Below are positions 27,817 to 42,780 of a stretch of 64,000 bases of DNA, piece after piece (the first letter of the stretch is position 1; each line of letters begins with the position of its first letter). The position numbers and the translations under genes are program-made. The notes beneath the pieces were generated by a model. That model ran no database searches, was not told the origin of the DNA, and worked only from the letters and a program-made list of their open reading frames with translations. The stretch covers positions 48,948-112,947 of the forward strand of contig CAVEFO010000001.1 in the NCBI GenBank assembly GCA_963615055.1, given 5' to 3'. This DNA is from Lachnospiraceae bacterium (lineage in GTDB: Bacteria > Bacillota > Negativicutes > Veillonellales > Dialisteraceae).

Positions 27817-29274
27817 ATGAAACCCACCGTATCGGAATTTTTGAAACAAACGCTCCCGACACTTCGGATCGCCGTCGTCGGCGATGTCATGCTCGACCGC
27901 TACCTTTTCGGCGACGTCAGCCGCATTTCCCCCGAAGCCCCCGTCCCCGTCCATCGCGTGACCGACGAGCGCTCCGTCCTGGGCGGCGCGGCCAATACGG
28001 CAGCCAATTTGGCGGCACTGTCCACCCGTGTTTCCCTTTTCGGCGCGTGCGGAAACGATGAAAACGGCGTACGTTTCCTCTCCCTTTGCGAAGAGAGCGG
28101 CATTTCGGCAGGCGGCATTTTGACGCGGGAACAAGTTTCGACCATCACCAAAATCCGCATTCTGGGCGCGCGCCAGCAAATGCTCCGCCTCGATTTTGAA
28201 GAGAAGCAACCTCTTTCGGCGGAAGAAGAAACGGCAACGCTCGCCGCCCTGCAAAAAGCCGCAGCCGAAGGACTCTCTGCCGTCATCCTCTCCGATTACG
28301 GCAAAGGATTCCTCTCCGATACGATAATTCAATCCGTCATCACGCTGGGAAACGCGCATCACATCCCCGTCCTCATCGACCCCAAGGGCGCCGACTGGAC
28401 GAAATACACCGGCGCTTTCGCCCTGACACCGAATGCCAAAGAACTTTCCGAAGCACTCGGCGCGCCCCTTCCCAATACAGACGAAGACATCACACGCGCC
28501 GGAAAATTTTTACGTGACAAATACAAGCTGACCTATCTCTTTGTGACGCGCTCGGAAAAAGGGATCACCGCAATCGGAGAGAAAGAAATCATCCATTCTC
28601 CGGCCGCCGCACGCGATGTCTTTGACGTCTCCGGCGCCGGTGATACCGTCATGGCCGTCCTGGCCGCCTCCGCTGCCGCCGCCCTTCCGTTGCCGGACGC
28701 GCTCCGCCTCGCCAACACCGCCGGCGGTATCGCCGTTTCCCGCGTCGGCACCTATCCCGTCAAGCAAGAAGAACTTATCGACGCATGGGAAACCAAAGCG
28801 CCCGCACCGGATTTCGCCCCCGACACGTGGGAGACTGCCGCCGAAAAAATCCGCGCATGGCAAGCGCACGGAGAGACCGTCGTCTTTACAAACGGCTGCT
28901 TCGATATTCTTCACCGCGGTCACATCACCTACCTTGCCCAAGCCCGCGCGCTCGGTGACCGCCTCGTGATTGGCGTAAACAGCGACGACAGCGTCCGCCG
29001 CTTAAAAGGCCCGACCCGTCCCGTGAATAGCGAAACGGATCGCACCCTCCTCCTAGCCGCCCTCCGCTTCGTCGATGAAGTCGTCATCTTCGGAGAAGAC
29101 ACCCCGGAGGCACTCCTAGCCAAACTCCGCCCGGACATCCTCGTCAAAGGCGGCGACTACAAAAAAGAAGACGTCAAAGGCGCCGAATCCGCCGGCCGCG
29201 TCGAAGTTCTTCCCTTCGTCGACGGCTGCTCCACGACGGGAATCATCGAGAAAATCGTCGGAGGAAACAGCTAA
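27817..29274 (+). CDS. hldE: bifunctional heptose 7-phosphate kinase / heptose 1-phosphate adenylyltransferase
   Basis: 485 aa. N-terminal PfkB-type kinase and a C-terminal cytidylyltransferase domain (FTNGCFDILHRGHITYL). Confidence 0.85.
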   Translation: MKPTVSEFLKQTLPTLRIAVVGDVMLDRYLFGDVSRISPEAPVPVHRVTDERSVLGGAANTAANLAALSTRVSLFGACGNDENGVRFLSLCEESGISAGGILTREQVSTITKIRILGARQQMLRLDFEEKQPLSAEEETATLAALQKAAAEGLSAVILSDYGKGFLSDTIIQSVITLGNAHHIPVLIDPKGADWTKYTGAFALTPNAKELSEALGAPLPNTDEDITRAGKFLRDKYKLTYLFVTRSEKGITAIGEKEIIHSPAAARDVFDVSGAGDTVMAVLAASAAAALPLPDALRLANTAGGIAVSRVGTYPVKQEELIDAWETKAPAPDFAPDTWETAAEKIRAWQAHGETVVFTNGCFDILHRGHITYLAQARALGDRLVIGVNSDDSVRRLKGPTRPVNSETDRTLLLAALRFVDEVVIFGEDTPEALLAKLRPDILVKGGDYKKEDVKGAESAGRVEVLPFVDGCSTTGIIEKIVGGNS

Positions 29275-29593
29275 AATCCGATTCCCGTCATCCATTGTCC
29301 GTGAACGGGGTGTGAAAAACTTTGTAAGCCGCGAAGCGCCGCCGCCTGAAGCTCTCTTCAGGAAGAGGGTGTCCGTAGCGCGGGTGATGGACTCTCTACG
29401 GAAAAGAAAAGCTGAGCAACAGATTTTCTTTTCCGTTATTCAAATACAGAGTCGGCCATCATCCGGCGCTTCGCGTCACCTTCTTCCTGAAGAAGGCTAA
29501 AGCGGAACGCGCTCCGCAAAATTTTAATAATACAGCGAAGGCAACACCTGCACGGCTCACGGCCGGTGACTCACGGCTTACTTTTCTTTCCCC

Positions 29594-29622
29594 TTGACGG
29601 CGCCGTCTCTCTCCGTTATGAT
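29594..29622 (+). promoter_or_regulatory. candidate promoter of the HD-domain gene
   Basis: TTGACG, 17 nt, TATGAT. Confidence 0.5.
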
Positions 29623-29650
29623 GGGACAAGCAAAAAAGGAGGATATTTCC

Positions 29651-30208
29651 ATGAAACTTACTTTGGAACAAGCAAAAGAAATTTTGAAGAAACACACCAC
29701 CGAGCCGTCGCTTTTCGTGCACGCGGCTTGCGTGTCAGCTGCCATGGGACAAATGGCGACGCTTTTCGGAGAAGACAAAGCCCATTGGGAGGCGATCGGC
29801 TATCTCCACGACGTCGACTATGAAGAGCATCCTGACGAGCACTGCCACCACGTCCGCGAATACCTTGCCCCCGAAGGCATCGACGAAGACGACATCCGCT
29901 CCATTATTTCCCACGGCTACGGCATCTGCACCGATGAAGTCGAGCCGACAACCGCTCTCGAAAAATCTCTCTTCACCGTCGACGAGCTCACCGGCATCGT
30001 CCACGCCTATGCGCTCATGCGTCCGGAAGGCATGGACGGCATGGAGCTCAAAAGTTTCAAAAAGAAATATAAAGACAAAAAATTCGCCGCTGGCTGCAAA
30101 CGCGACATCATCGATCGCGGCTTTTCCATGCTCGGCTTGGAACCCGCTGTCGTCATGCAAGCCGTCATCGACGGTATGAGTGCTCATAAAGAGGAAATTT
30201 TTAAGTAA
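29651..30208 (+). CDS. HD-domain hydrolase
   Basis: Start at MKLTLEQAKEILKKH with an AGGAGG Shine-Dalgarno. Contains the H..HD metal-binding motif (YLHDVDYEEHPDEH). Confidence 0.7.
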   Translation: MKLTLEQAKEILKKHTTEPSLFVHAACVSAAMGQMATLFGEDKAHWEAIGYLHDVDYEEHPDEHCHHVREYLAPEGIDEDDIRSIISHGYGICTDEVEPTTALEKSLFTVDELTGIVHAYALMRPEGMDGMELKSFKKKYKDKKFAAGCKRDIIDRGFSMLGLEPAVVMQAVIDGMSAHKEEIFK

Positions 30209-30411
30209 ACCGTGTAGAAATTGGTATGCTTGGCTTTAGGCGTCGGATGCAAAGCCGCCAAGAAACGGAGCTTGAACCGAAAATTTGGGCGTGATATCGC
30301 CGACGGTCGCCTTTGGGAATTGTCTTTGAATACGACACGCCTACACCGCCAATGACGGATTGTCTTCCGCAAGCACACACCAAAAACGAAATTTTCTATC
30401 ATTTCCCCATC

Positions 30412-30448
30412 AAAAAAATCCGTTCCCCCAAAAAAGGAACGGATTTTT
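30412..30448. terminator. bidirectional terminator (HD gene / rpoC)
   Basis: ATCCGTTCC/GGAACGGAT stem flanked by an A7 run on one side and a T5 run on the other. Confidence 0.7.
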
Positions 30449-30463
30449 ACTTGGAAAGATTTT

Positions 30464-34453
<3,990 letters not shown>

Positions 34454-34480
34454 TTAGGATACCGCTCCTTTCCGGGAATG

Positions 34481-37400
34481 TCAGTCTTCCGAGGCATCCG
34501 AGCTGTCTTCGTTCGGATCGTCGGTAATGGTGTAATCAATATCTCTGTCGTCGCTTGCTTCATACGCTTCGACGGCATCATCCGCATCGAGGACATCCGC
34601 GAGAATATCCGATGCGCCTTCGCTTTCGCGTCCTTGCACTTCGTCTCTGGAAACGGAAATGGAGTCGTCGCCTTCCATGACTTCGAGAAGTTCTTTGTCA
34701 TGCGCCTGCTTTTCAGCCATGGCGCGATCCGCTTCCTTGTCGTCGCGATTGAGGCGGCGATCACTGAAAGACGTCTCAAACTCATCTTCGTCAAGTTCCT
34801 TCATGACGACTTCTTCGCCGTTTTCATTCAAGATGCGGACATCGAGGCCGATGGATTGCAATTCTTTCATGAGGACCTTGAAGGATTCCGGTACGCCCGG
34901 CGAGGGAATATTTTCGCCCTTGACAATCTTTTCGTACGCACGCACGCGACCGACGACGTCATCGGACTTCACCGTCAAAATTTCCTGCAATGTATACGCG
35001 GCGCCGTAAGCTTCCAGCGCCCAGACTTCCATTTCGCCGAAACGCTGGCCGCCGAATTGGGCTTTGCCGCCCAGAGGCTGCTGCGTGACGAGAGAGTAAG
35101 GACCCGTGGAGCGAGCGTGAATTTTATCGTCGACGAGATGGTGGAGCTTGAGCATGTATTTCCAGCCGATTGTGACGGGATTATCCAATTTTTCACCCGT
35201 GCGCCCGTCGTAGAGGACGCTCTTAGCATTGGCGGGCAAATTCGCCGCACGCAGCGTCGTCGCCAAATCTTCATCACGGCAGCCGTCAAAGACCGGCGTC
35301 GCAATGTGAATCCCGTCGCGATCCGGCTCCGGCATTCCGTATTTGTCGAAATCGTAACCGGCTTCGCGGAGACGTCTCTCCACATCGGGATCCTTTTCGC
35401 GAATTTCTTCGCCCAACGCATGGCAAGCCCAGCCGAGGTGGATTTCCAAAATCTGGCCGATATTCATACGAGACGGCACACCCAGCGGATTCAGCACCAA
35501 ATCGACGGGGCGTCCGTCCGGCGTAAACGGCATATCTTCGATCGGCATGACACGGGAGCACACGCACTTATTTCCGTGGCGGCCGGCCATTTTATCGCCT
35601 TCGTGGATTTTCCGTTTCTGCGCGATGTAGACCCGGACACTCCTGTTCACGCCGGGCGGAAGCTCGTCGCCCTCCTCTCGCGAAAAGATTTTCACATCCA
35701 CAATCTTGCCGAATTCCCCATGCGGCACACGGAGCGACGTGTCGCGCACTTCGCGTTCCTTGTCACCGAAAATGGCACGGAGAAGGCGTTCTTCCGGCGT
35801 GAGTTCCGTTTCCCCTTTCGGCGTGACCTTCCCGACCAGGATGTCGCCCGGGTGGACATCGGCACCGATTGAAATAATGCCGTTTTCATCGAGATATTTG
35901 ATCGCGTCTTCGCCGACGGACGGCAGCTGCCGCGTGATTTCTTCATTGCCCAGCTTCGTGTCGCGCGCGTCGCACTCGTATTCTTCGATATGGATAGAGG
36001 TATACAGATCCTCTTTGCAAAGACGTTCGGAAATCAAAACGGCGTCTTCGTGGTTGTAGCCTTCCCAGGAAACGAACGCCACGAGCACATTCTGCCCGAG
36101 CGCCAATTCCCCTCCGTCCGTCGCCATGCCGTCCGCCAGCGTCTGTCCCGCTTCGACGCGATCACCTTCGGAGACAATCGTGCGCTGATTGATGCACGTG
36201 CTCTGGTTCGAACGCATGAATTTCGTGAGCGGATATTCGTCCACTTCGCCTTTATCCGTGCGGACGGTGATGGACGTCCCATCGATTTTCTTGACGACGC
36301 CGGAGCGCTTGGCCAGAACGCACACGCCGGAGTCCTGCGCCGCGACAAATTCCATGCCCGTACCGACAAGCGGTGCCGTCGGACGAAGAAGCGGCACAGC
36401 CTGACGCTGCATGTTTGCCCCCATCAGCGCGCGGTTCGTGTCATCGTGTTCAAGGAAGGGAATGAGCGATGTCCCGATAGAAACGACCTGCTTCGGCGAG
36501 ACGTCCATCAGGCTGACTTCCGTCGCATCCGCTTCCACGGGATCGGCGCCGCGACGGGCCGTGACGTTTTTATTCACAAAATGATTCTCGGCATCAAGCG
36601 GTTCGGACGCCTGTGCGATAATTTTATCTTCTTCAATATCCGCCGTGACGTATTTACATTCTTCCGTGACAACCGGATTTTCCGGATCCGTCCGATCAAT
36701 CTGACGATACGGCGTCTCAATGAGCCCGTAGCGATTGATGATGGCGAAATTGGCCAGCGAAGAAATCAGGCCGATGTTCGGACCTTCCGGCGTTTCGACG
36801 GAGCACATGCGGCCGTAATGCGAATAGTGGACATCGCGGACTTCGAAACCGGCACGCTCACGGGAAAGACCGCCCGGCCCCAGAGCGGAGAGACGGCGCT
36901 TGTGCGTCAATTCCGCCAGCGGATTCGTCTGGTCCATGAACTGGGAGAGCTGCGAACTTCCGAAAAATTCTTTGATCGCGGCGACGACAGGACGGATATT
37001 CACCAGCGCTTGCGGCGTCATTTTATCCTCATCCTGCGTCGTCATCCGTTCGCGCACGACACGCTCCATGCGGGACAGCCCGATACGGAATTGATTCTGC
37101 AAAAGTTCCCCCACACAGCGCACGCGACGGTTTCCCAAATGGTCGATATCATCCGTTTCCCCGATACCCTGCATGAGATTCAAAAGATAACCGATATTGG
37201 CAATCATGTCCTCCGGCTTCAGCGTCCGGTCGGAATCCGGCAAATTCGCATCATTGCAGACGATCTTCACTTCCGTGCCTTCGCTGTTTTCCATCAGCTC
37301 TGAAACCATGCCCGGATGCGCAAAGACCCCACTCTTTTCCAATTTTGCGATTGCTTCGGCATCGACCAAAACGCCCGCTTCCAAAATGACTTCGCCCGTT

Positions 37401-38290
37401 TCCGTATTCACAATCGGTTCCGCCGTCACAAGATCGCGAATCCGATTCTTCCAGCCGAGCTTCTTGCCCGCTTTGTAGCGGCCGACCTTCGCCAAATCAT
37501 AGCGATGCGGATCATAGAAAAGATTGTGCAAGAGCGTCGTCGCCGATTCCACCGTCGGCGGTTCGCCCGGACGGAGTTTCTTGTAAATCTCGATCAGCGC
37601 TTCTTCGCGATTGTGCGTCGGATCCTTTTCGAGCGTCCGCTGAATATGCACATCCCGGCCGAACAAATCAAGGATTTCATCATTTGTTTCCCAGCCGAGC
37701 GCACGCACCAAAATCGTCGCCGGCATCTTGCGGTTCCGATCGATACGAATAGAGACCGTCCCATTGGAATCCGTTTCCAATTCGATCCACGCGCCGCGAT
37801 TCGGGATTACCTGCCCGCTGTAAATATATTTCCCGAGGCTATCCTGCTCACGCGAAAAATACACGCCCGGCGAACGGACGAGCTGCGAGACGACGACACG
37901 TTCCGCGCCGTTGATGACGAAAGTCCCCGTCGATGTCATGATGGGAAAATCGCCCATGAAAAGATCCGGATTTTCCTTGATTTCTCCCGTTTCATGATTG
38001 ACGAGACGCGCACACACGCGAAGCGGTGCACTGTACGTCATCGCCTTCGCGCGACATTCATCAATCGTCGCGTCCGGCGCTTCAAAACGGTAATCCAAGA
38101 AATACAGCCCCCACTTGTGGCCGCTGTCTTCGATGGGAGAAATATCATCCAATACATCCCGCAGGCCTTCCTGTTGGAACCATTCGTAGGATTTCGTCTG
38201 CAGGTCGAGCAAATGCGGCATTTTCATGACGTCAATCGCTCTTGCGTAGGTATACCGTTTACGCGTACCCACCTTTTCGGGTCTGAACAT
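34481..38290 (-). CDS. rpoB: DNA-directed RNA polymerase subunit beta
   Basis: 1269 aa, RpoB-like throughout, with a long acidic C-terminal tail. Confidence 0.95.
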   Translation of the reverse strand: MFRPEKVGTRKRYTYARAIDVMKMPHLLDLQTKSYEWFQQEGLRDVLDDISPIEDSGHKWGLYFLDYRFEAPDATIDECRAKAMTYSAPLRVCARLVNHETGEIKENPDLFMGDFPIMTSTGTFVINGAERVVVSQLVRSPGVYFSREQDSLGKYIYSGQVIPNRGAWIELETDSNGTVSIRIDRNRKMPATILVRALGWETNDEILDLFGRDVHIQRTLEKDPTHNREEALIEIYKKLRPGEPPTVESATTLLHNLFYDPHRYDLAKVGRYKAGKKLGWKNRIRDLVTAEPIVNTETGEVILEAGVLVDAEAIAKLEKSGVFAHPGMVSELMENSEGTEVKIVCNDANLPDSDRTLKPEDMIANIGYLLNLMQGIGETDDIDHLGNRRVRCVGELLQNQFRIGLSRMERVVRERMTTQDEDKMTPQALVNIRPVVAAIKEFFGSSQLSQFMDQTNPLAELTHKRRLSALGPGGLSRERAGFEVRDVHYSHYGRMCSVETPEGPNIGLISSLANFAIINRYGLIETPYRQIDRTDPENPVVTEECKYVTADIEEDKIIAQASEPLDAENHFVNKNVTARRGADPVEADATEVSLMDVSPKQVVSIGTSLIPFLEHDDTNRALMGANMQRQAVPLLRPTAPLVGTGMEFVAAQDSGVCVLAKRSGVVKKIDGTSITVRTDKGEVDEYPLTKFMRSNQSTCINQRTIVSEGDRVEAGQTLADGMATDGGELALGQNVLVAFVSWEGYNHEDAVLISERLCKEDLYTSIHIEEYECDARDTKLGNEEITRQLPSVGEDAIKYLDENGIISIGADVHPGDILVGKVTPKGETELTPEERLLRAIFGDKEREVRDTSLRVPHGEFGKIVDVKIFSREEGDELPPGVNRSVRVYIAQKRKIHEGDKMAGRHGNKCVCSRVMPIEDMPFTPDGRPVDLVLNPLGVPSRMNIGQILEIHLGWACHALGEEIREKDPDVERRLREAGYDFDKYGMPEPDRDGIHIATPVFDGCRDEDLATTLRAANLPANAKSVLYDGRTGEKLDNPVTIGWKYMLKLHHLVDDKIHARSTGPYSLVTQQPLGGKAQFGGQRFGEMEVWALEAYGAAYTLQEILTVKSDDVVGRVRAYEKIVKGENIPSPGVPESFKVLMKELQSIGLDVRILNENGEEVVMKELDEDEFETSFSDRRLNRDDKEADRAMAEKQAHDKELLEVMEGDDSISVSRDEVQGRESEGASDILADVLDADDAVEAYEASDDRDIDYTITDDPNEDSSDASED

Positions 38291-38667
38291 CCTTTTTCCT
38301 CATCCTTTCTTTTGTCAATACGGGAAACAAGGGAAACGGCCCACCATCATCAAAACAATGCAGGCAACGCTTCCCCGCCATGCGAGCGCCAAGAAATTCC
38401 CTCTTGACATTCTCGCCGAAATCGACTTTTCGCGAAAATTTCCGCTTTTTAGCCGCAAACATCTGAATTTTATTCATCGTGAGTTAATATGATATCACAA
38501 CTGAAAGAAAAAAGACAATCTTTTTCATCATTTTCGCTCCAAAATCACCATATCAAAATTTTCTTTCACCGATTATTAAAAAATTCTGGCATATAGAAAT
38601 TTTCTTTACCCCTGCAGATTTTTTTTATAACATGCGAAGATCTGCTATTTGTCACATCACGTAAAAA

Positions 38668-38803
38668 GTTAGCAATTAGTAGTGAGTAGTGAGCAGTTCA
38701 GGTGTCGCCTTCGGCGACGATTTTTATAAAATCTCGCGAAGCGCGCACCTGAACTGCTAATTGCTAACTGCTAATTGCTAACTGCTAATTGCTAATTGCT
38801 AAC
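38668..38803. repeat. heptamer-armed palindromic element
   Basis: Left arm: four AG-type heptamers ending CAGTTCAGGTG. Right arm: CACCTGAACTG followed by seven TGCTAA(T/C) heptamers at 38755-38803. The centre holds two mini-hairpins (GTCGCC-TTCG-GCGAC and CGCG-AAG-CGCG). Confidence 0.7.
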
Positions 38804-38827
38804 TTTCTCTATGCGCATCCATCATTT

Positions 38828-40096
38828 TCAGCTCTCAAGACGCATCCTCAGCTTCGCATTCCAAATCGCCTCATACAGATACGCCGCACCGCGCAGGCCG
38901 CAGAGGGGCGTGTCCGCGAAATGGACTTCATCCGCCGAGGGGAGCGCGATGTGGACAGAGGCAAATTGTTTTCCCATGCGACGAAGCTGCTGTGTCTCGT
39001 GCGACGACGACAGCACAAGGCCGCCCTGCCAATTCTCATAATCTTTCTTCATCGCGGCGTCGTCTGGCCCGACTCTCCGAATCATATCCGCTGCCGGTGT
39101 CGTCCGCTCGCTTGCCGCTTGCAAATGCACCACCAATTTGGCCGTATCCGCCCATTCGCTGCGGACGGCTTCCGCAATCCCGATCGCTTCGGACGGCGAT
39201 GCGGAGATGAAGATTTCATCAAACCATAGCGGTCCCCAGAGCGATTCCAGATTGTTCCCTTTGCGGAGTAAAAATTCTTTCACGCTTTTCGCTTTTTCCG
39301 TCACACTCTCCGGCAACGGGACGCCGAGCAACTCACAGATTTTTGCCAGCCACGCCATCGTCCCCTCCGTCCCGTACGGAAGACCGACAGACAGAAACGG
39401 GATGCCAAAATCTTTTTCCATTTGCCTTGCAAGCGAGAGCCCCAATTCATCTCGCACGACGACATTCAAAGCGGCGCGCGGCGCGTCCATGATGTCTTCC
39501 CACGAGCTCCCCGCCCCCGGCATCGAGAGAACGGTGATCCCAGCCTCCGCCAAAAGTGAGGAAATCTCCGCCGCGTCTTCGCGCCCTTTCATATGTACCG
39601 TCGAAAGTCCCAGCACATTGACGCTCATTTCTTTTGTCGCGCCCGGTTTCATTTCTTTTTCGATGCGAAGCGATGCCGCCGCAAAGCCCGCCTCGAAACT
39701 CCCCAGAAGCCCGCCGCCGTCCATCGCGTACACCGGCCACGGTAAATCGGCGCGATCCGCGATCCCCTGCATATCGTCGCCCACAAGGCTCACGCTGCAA
39801 TTCGTTTCCGCAAAGACCCGCGCCGGTTTCGCATTTTGACGGATGAAATCGAAACCGGCCAAGAGATCGTCTTCCGTCCCGTAGACCAGCGCCTGCGGAC
39901 TCGGCTGCGTGCAATGGAAACGATGCGCCGCCATCGGATTTTCGTTGTCCACATATTTCATCGCGTAGAAATAGCACCACAGCGGCCCATTGATGAGAGT
40001 GAAACTCTCCGGAATCGAATCGAAAAACGCCGCCGCACCCGTCAGCGCGCACGTGCCCCCGTGCCGACACGCCGCCTCCCATTCACACCGTGACAT
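38828..40096 (-). CDS. nitrogenase component-1-like protein, NifK/NifN-like subunit
   Basis: Start at [14 protein letters not shown]. Two Cys spaced 25 residues apart (C-ALTG..GPLW-C) and a NCSVSLVGDD motif, as in NifK cluster ligands. Overlaps the D-like gene by 14 nt. Confidence 0.7.
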   Translation of the reverse strand: MSRCEWEAACRHGGTCALTGAAAFFDSIPESFTLINGPLWCYFYAMKYVDNENPMAAHRFHCTQPSPQALVYGTEDDLLAGFDFIRQNAKPARVFAETNCSVSLVGDDMQGIADRADLPWPVYAMDGGGLLGSFEAGFAAASLRIEKEMKPGATKEMSVNVLGLSTVHMKGREDAAEISSLLAEAGITVLSMPGAGSSWEDIMDAPRAALNVVVRDELGLSLARQMEKDFGIPFLSVGLPYGTEGTMAWLAKICELLGVPLPESVTEKAKSVKEFLLRKGNNLESLWGPLWFDEIFISASPSEAIGIAEAVRSEWADTAKLVVHLQAASERTTPAADMIRRVGPDDAAMKKDYENWQGGLVLSSSHETQQLRRMGKQFASVHIALPSADEVHFADTPLCGLRGAAYLYEAIWNAKLRMRLES

Positions 40097-41378
40097 ACGC
40101 GACGCCCCCTTTCTCACCGTAGCGGCAAAGCAGGCGATACACCGCCCGCATCTGCGCGATTTCCCCTTCCGTCCCGACGAGCGGCACCATGGGGATGAAA
40201 AGCTGCCGCGTCTTCGTATTGAAGACCTCATTTGTCGTCAAAAAGACATCCGCACCGTCAATGACCGCCTGCCCTGCGTCCGCCTCATAGATCGGCACGT
40301 CGCCGAATGCGTAAATTTTCTCTCGGATCGCCGCTTTCTCCTCTTCGGGAAGATTTCCGAAAAAGACGACGCCCGCCGTTTCCATTTCCAGCCGCGATAC
40401 GAGAGCGAGCGTTTCCGCCGGATTGTACCAGCGAAGCGCACGCCCCGTGCCAATCACGACTTTTTTGCCCCGCGTCACCGGAAGAAAACCGGCCGCCGCC
40501 TCCGAGACGCGCGCCTCTTCGGCCGCCAAGACCGCCGCGCCCGTCTCCGGCTCGCCCACTTTCTCCGCGAGCGCCGAAATCCACGCTTTTGTCGCGTCCC
40601 AGCCGACCGGATACACATCGCCCAGCGCCCGGACGCCGTATTCTGTTTCCAATTTTTCCGCGACCCGGAGCATCGCGCCCGCCTGCCCCGCCACACCCAA
40701 AATGACGGAAAGCGCCACGGACGGAATCTCCGACCATTCGGCAAACGGCACATAGCCCGGAAACTGATACAGCACGCGCAAGCCGAAACAGGACAAAAGC
40801 CGCGTCACTTCGCGCACATATTGGCCCTCCGGCCCCATTTGATCGCCTAGGAGCAGCACCGTATTCGGCTCCGTTTCCGCCGGTTTCACAAAACGAGACA
40901 AAATAACGTCCACCGTCTCATAATACCCTTTTCCGTATTCGCCGCCCAAAAATCCGGCAAACGGCATCGCAATGACGGGAATCCCATACATTTCCTCGGC
41001 CCGCTCCGCTGCCTCTTCCACATCGTCGCCGATCACGCCGGCCACGCACGACGTCACGATGAAAAGGCAACGCGGCGCATACGCCTCCATCACATAGGAA
41101 ATGCAATCCTCCAGCCGGGAAATGCCGCCGAAAATGCTGTCCTTTTCACGAAGATGCGAGGAAACGAGCGGGATGCCCGTCCGATTTTCACGCCCGCCGT
41201 CCGCCGCGACACGAAACCCCGAACCCATGTCCATCGTCTGCGCCACATGCGCGCACCCCAAAGGACTGTGAAAGATGACGACGCAACCCGTGCAGAAAGC
41301 CAGTGCCCGGTACACGCCCACCATCGGGCAACTCGACGATTTCTCCTGTTTCAAAAGCCATTTCGTATCAAGTGCCAT
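40083..41378 (-). CDS. nitrogenase component-1-like protein, NifD/NifE-like subunit
   Basis: 431 aa. Cys pair spaced 25 residues apart (SC-PMVG..HSPLG-C) and [11 protein letters not shown]. No Cys where the FeMo-cofactor Cys would align. Confidence 0.7.
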   Translation of the reverse strand: MALDTKWLLKQEKSSSCPMVGVYRALAFCTGCVVIFHSPLGCAHVAQTMDMGSGFRVAADGGRENRTGIPLVSSHLREKDSIFGGISRLEDCISYVMEAYAPRCLFIVTSCVAGVIGDDVEEAAERAEEMYGIPVIAMPFAGFLGGEYGKGYYETVDVILSRFVKPAETEPNTVLLLGDQMGPEGQYVREVTRLLSCFGLRVLYQFPGYVPFAEWSEIPSVALSVILGVAGQAGAMLRVAEKLETEYGVRALGDVYPVGWDATKAWISALAEKVGEPETGAAVLAAEEARVSEAAAGFLPVTRGKKVVIGTGRALRWYNPAETLALVSRLEMETAGVVFFGNLPEEEKAAIREKIYAFGDVPIYEADAGQAVIDGADVFLTTNEVFNTKTRQLFIPMVPLVGTEGEIAQMRAVYRLLCRYGEKGGVAYVTV

Positions 41379-42180
41379 ACGCCCCTACCAACATTTCCAA
41401 TTCTTCAAACGAAAGCGGCATCGGGACGGAAAATTCCGTATTCGTCCAGATCGTCTCCGCCAGCTCGCGATACACATCCGCCTGCGCGGAGTCCGGCGCA
41501 TACTCCAAGACCGTCTGCTTGTGATTTTCCGCCACATTCACAATCCGATCCCGCGGGATGAAAGCCACGAGCCGCGTCTGCAATTTTCGTGAAAACTCCT
41601 CCAAAAGCTCGCGTTCGCCCGGCACGTTTCGACTGTTTCCGATGATTCCCGCCAGCCGCACGCGCCCGCGCTCCGCAAAGCGCCGAATCCCCTTCGCAAT
41701 ATTGTTCGCCGCATAGAGTGACATCAGCTCACCGGAAGACACGATGTAAATCTCCTCGGCGTATCCCTCGCGAATCGGCATCGCAAAGCCGCCGCACACC
41801 ACGTCGCCCAGCACGTCGTAGAGCGTCACGTCCGTCTCGGGCAGTGCCTTCAACTTCTCCAAAAGCTGCAGCGCCACGATGATCCCGCGCCCCGCACACC
41901 CCACGCCCGGCTCCGGTCCCCCCGCCTCGACGCAAGTAATCCCGTGGAAACCCGTGTGCACAAGATCGGCCGCCGCGATCTCCTCCATCTCCGAGCGCCG
42001 CACACAATCCAGCACCGTTTCCCTGCAAATATGCCCCAAGAGCAGCCGCGTCGAATCATTCTTCGGATCGCACCCGATTTGGCACACCCGCCGCCCCGAA
42101 AGCGCAAGCGCCGCCGACACATTCGAAGCCGTCGTCGACTTCCCGATCCCGCCCTTCCCGTAAAACGCAATCTTTTTCAT
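41368..42180 (-). CDS. NifH-like ATP-dependent reductase (iron protein family)
   Basis: 270 aa. P-loop GKGGIGKS. Both [4Fe-4S] Cys contexts are present ([17 protein letters not shown] and [10 protein letters not shown]). Confidence 0.85.
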   Translation of the reverse strand: MKKIAFYGKGGIGKSTTASNVSAALALSGRRVCQIGCDPKNDSTRLLLGHICRETVLDCVRRSEMEEIAAADLVHTGFHGITCVEAGGPEPGVGCAGRGIIVALQLLEKLKALPETDVTLYDVLGDVVCGGFAMPIREGYAEEIYIVSSGELMSLYAANNIAKGIRRFAERGRVRLAGIIGNSRNVPGERELLEEFSRKLQTRLVAFIPRDRIVNVAENHKQTVLEYAPDSAQADVYRELAETIWTNTEFSVPMPLSFEELEMLVGAYGT

Positions 42181-42224
42181 GCCGTCACTTCCTTTTTTAG
42201 AAACAAATTTTCTCTTCTCATTTT

Positions 42225-42233
42225 ATTATAGCA
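42225..42233 (-). promoter_or_regulatory. candidate extended -10 element for the nif-like operon
   Basis: On the minus strand: TGCTATAAT, about 45 nt upstream of the ATG. No good -35. Confidence 0.35.
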
Positions 42234-42595
42234 AAAAGGGAAAACGCTTAAAAAGGCTTGATAAGCTTTCTCAGCACGAAAAGAATGCATGACAGAGGAT
42301 GCATAAAAGAATCGGCGCATCAAGCCTTTGCCGGGTGGAAAGCACGGATAGCGGTAATCGGATAGCGGATAACCGTCCTCCGTGGGCTGTATAACCGTTT
42401 ACAGCATGGACGATGTTGAAACGCAACACAGCACCCACATCAAGCTTTTTCAAGCCGTCCCCCTAAGGCAACCCCGATAGCAGACGCAATGGGACACAAC
42501 TCAAATCTCAAGCTCTTTCAAACTTTCAGTTCTATGTAAAACTCGGTAAACATTTAACGAATAACGAACAAATAGCACAACAAGAACTTTTATCA

Positions 42596-42625
42596 TTGCG
42601 ACAAAGCGGCCGCTTATTGTATAAT
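42596..42625 (+). promoter_or_regulatory. candidate tRNA-Leu promoter
   Basis: TTGCGA, 18 nt, TATAAT. A perfect 16-bp palindrome ATCGCGATATCGCGAT follows at 42632-42647. Confidence 0.55.
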
Positions 42626-42657
42626 ACCCCCATCGCGATATCGCGATCAAAATACTT

Positions 42658-42742
42658 GCGAGCGTGGCGAAACTGGCAGACGCGCCGGATTTAGGATCCG
42701 GTACCTTGCGGTATGGGGGTTCGAGTCCCTTCGCTCGCACCA
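42658..42742 (+). tRNA. tRNA-Leu (anticodon TAG)
   Basis: 85 nt. Acceptor stem GCGAGCG/CGCTCGC. Anticodon stem CCGGA/TCCGG with loop TTTAGGA. Long variable arm. T-arm GGGGGTTCGAGTCCCTT. CCA is encoded. Closely resembles the Bacillus tRNA-Leu(UAG) as I recall it. Confidence 0.9.
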
Positions 42743-42748
42743 AAAAAA

Positions 42749-42780
42749 GCTTCGGAACGCAATCCGAAGCTTTTTCTTTT
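42749..42780 (+). terminator. rho-independent terminator after tRNA-Leu
   Basis: GCTTCGGA/TCCGAAGC stem followed by TTTTTCTTTT. Confidence 0.75.

Noticed and set aside
38291-38667. A promoter or small ORF in the rpoB upstream region, for example the 35-aa plus-strand ORF starting at the ATG near 38488, and the TTGACA-like hexamer at 38313-38318.
   Set aside because: The hexamer has no correctly spaced -10 partner; the -10 would fall on the rpoB ATG. The small ORF lacks a Shine-Dalgarno and any recognisable feature. I could not support either call.
38828-42180. Reading the nifH/D/K-like genes as a genuine nitrogen-fixation (Mo-nitrogenase) operon.
   Set aside because: The D and K subunits are about 430 and 420 aa, too short. 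No Cys lies at the position expected for the FeMo-cofactor ligand. There are no nifB/E/N or other maturation genes nearby. See the corresponding finding for the alternative reading.
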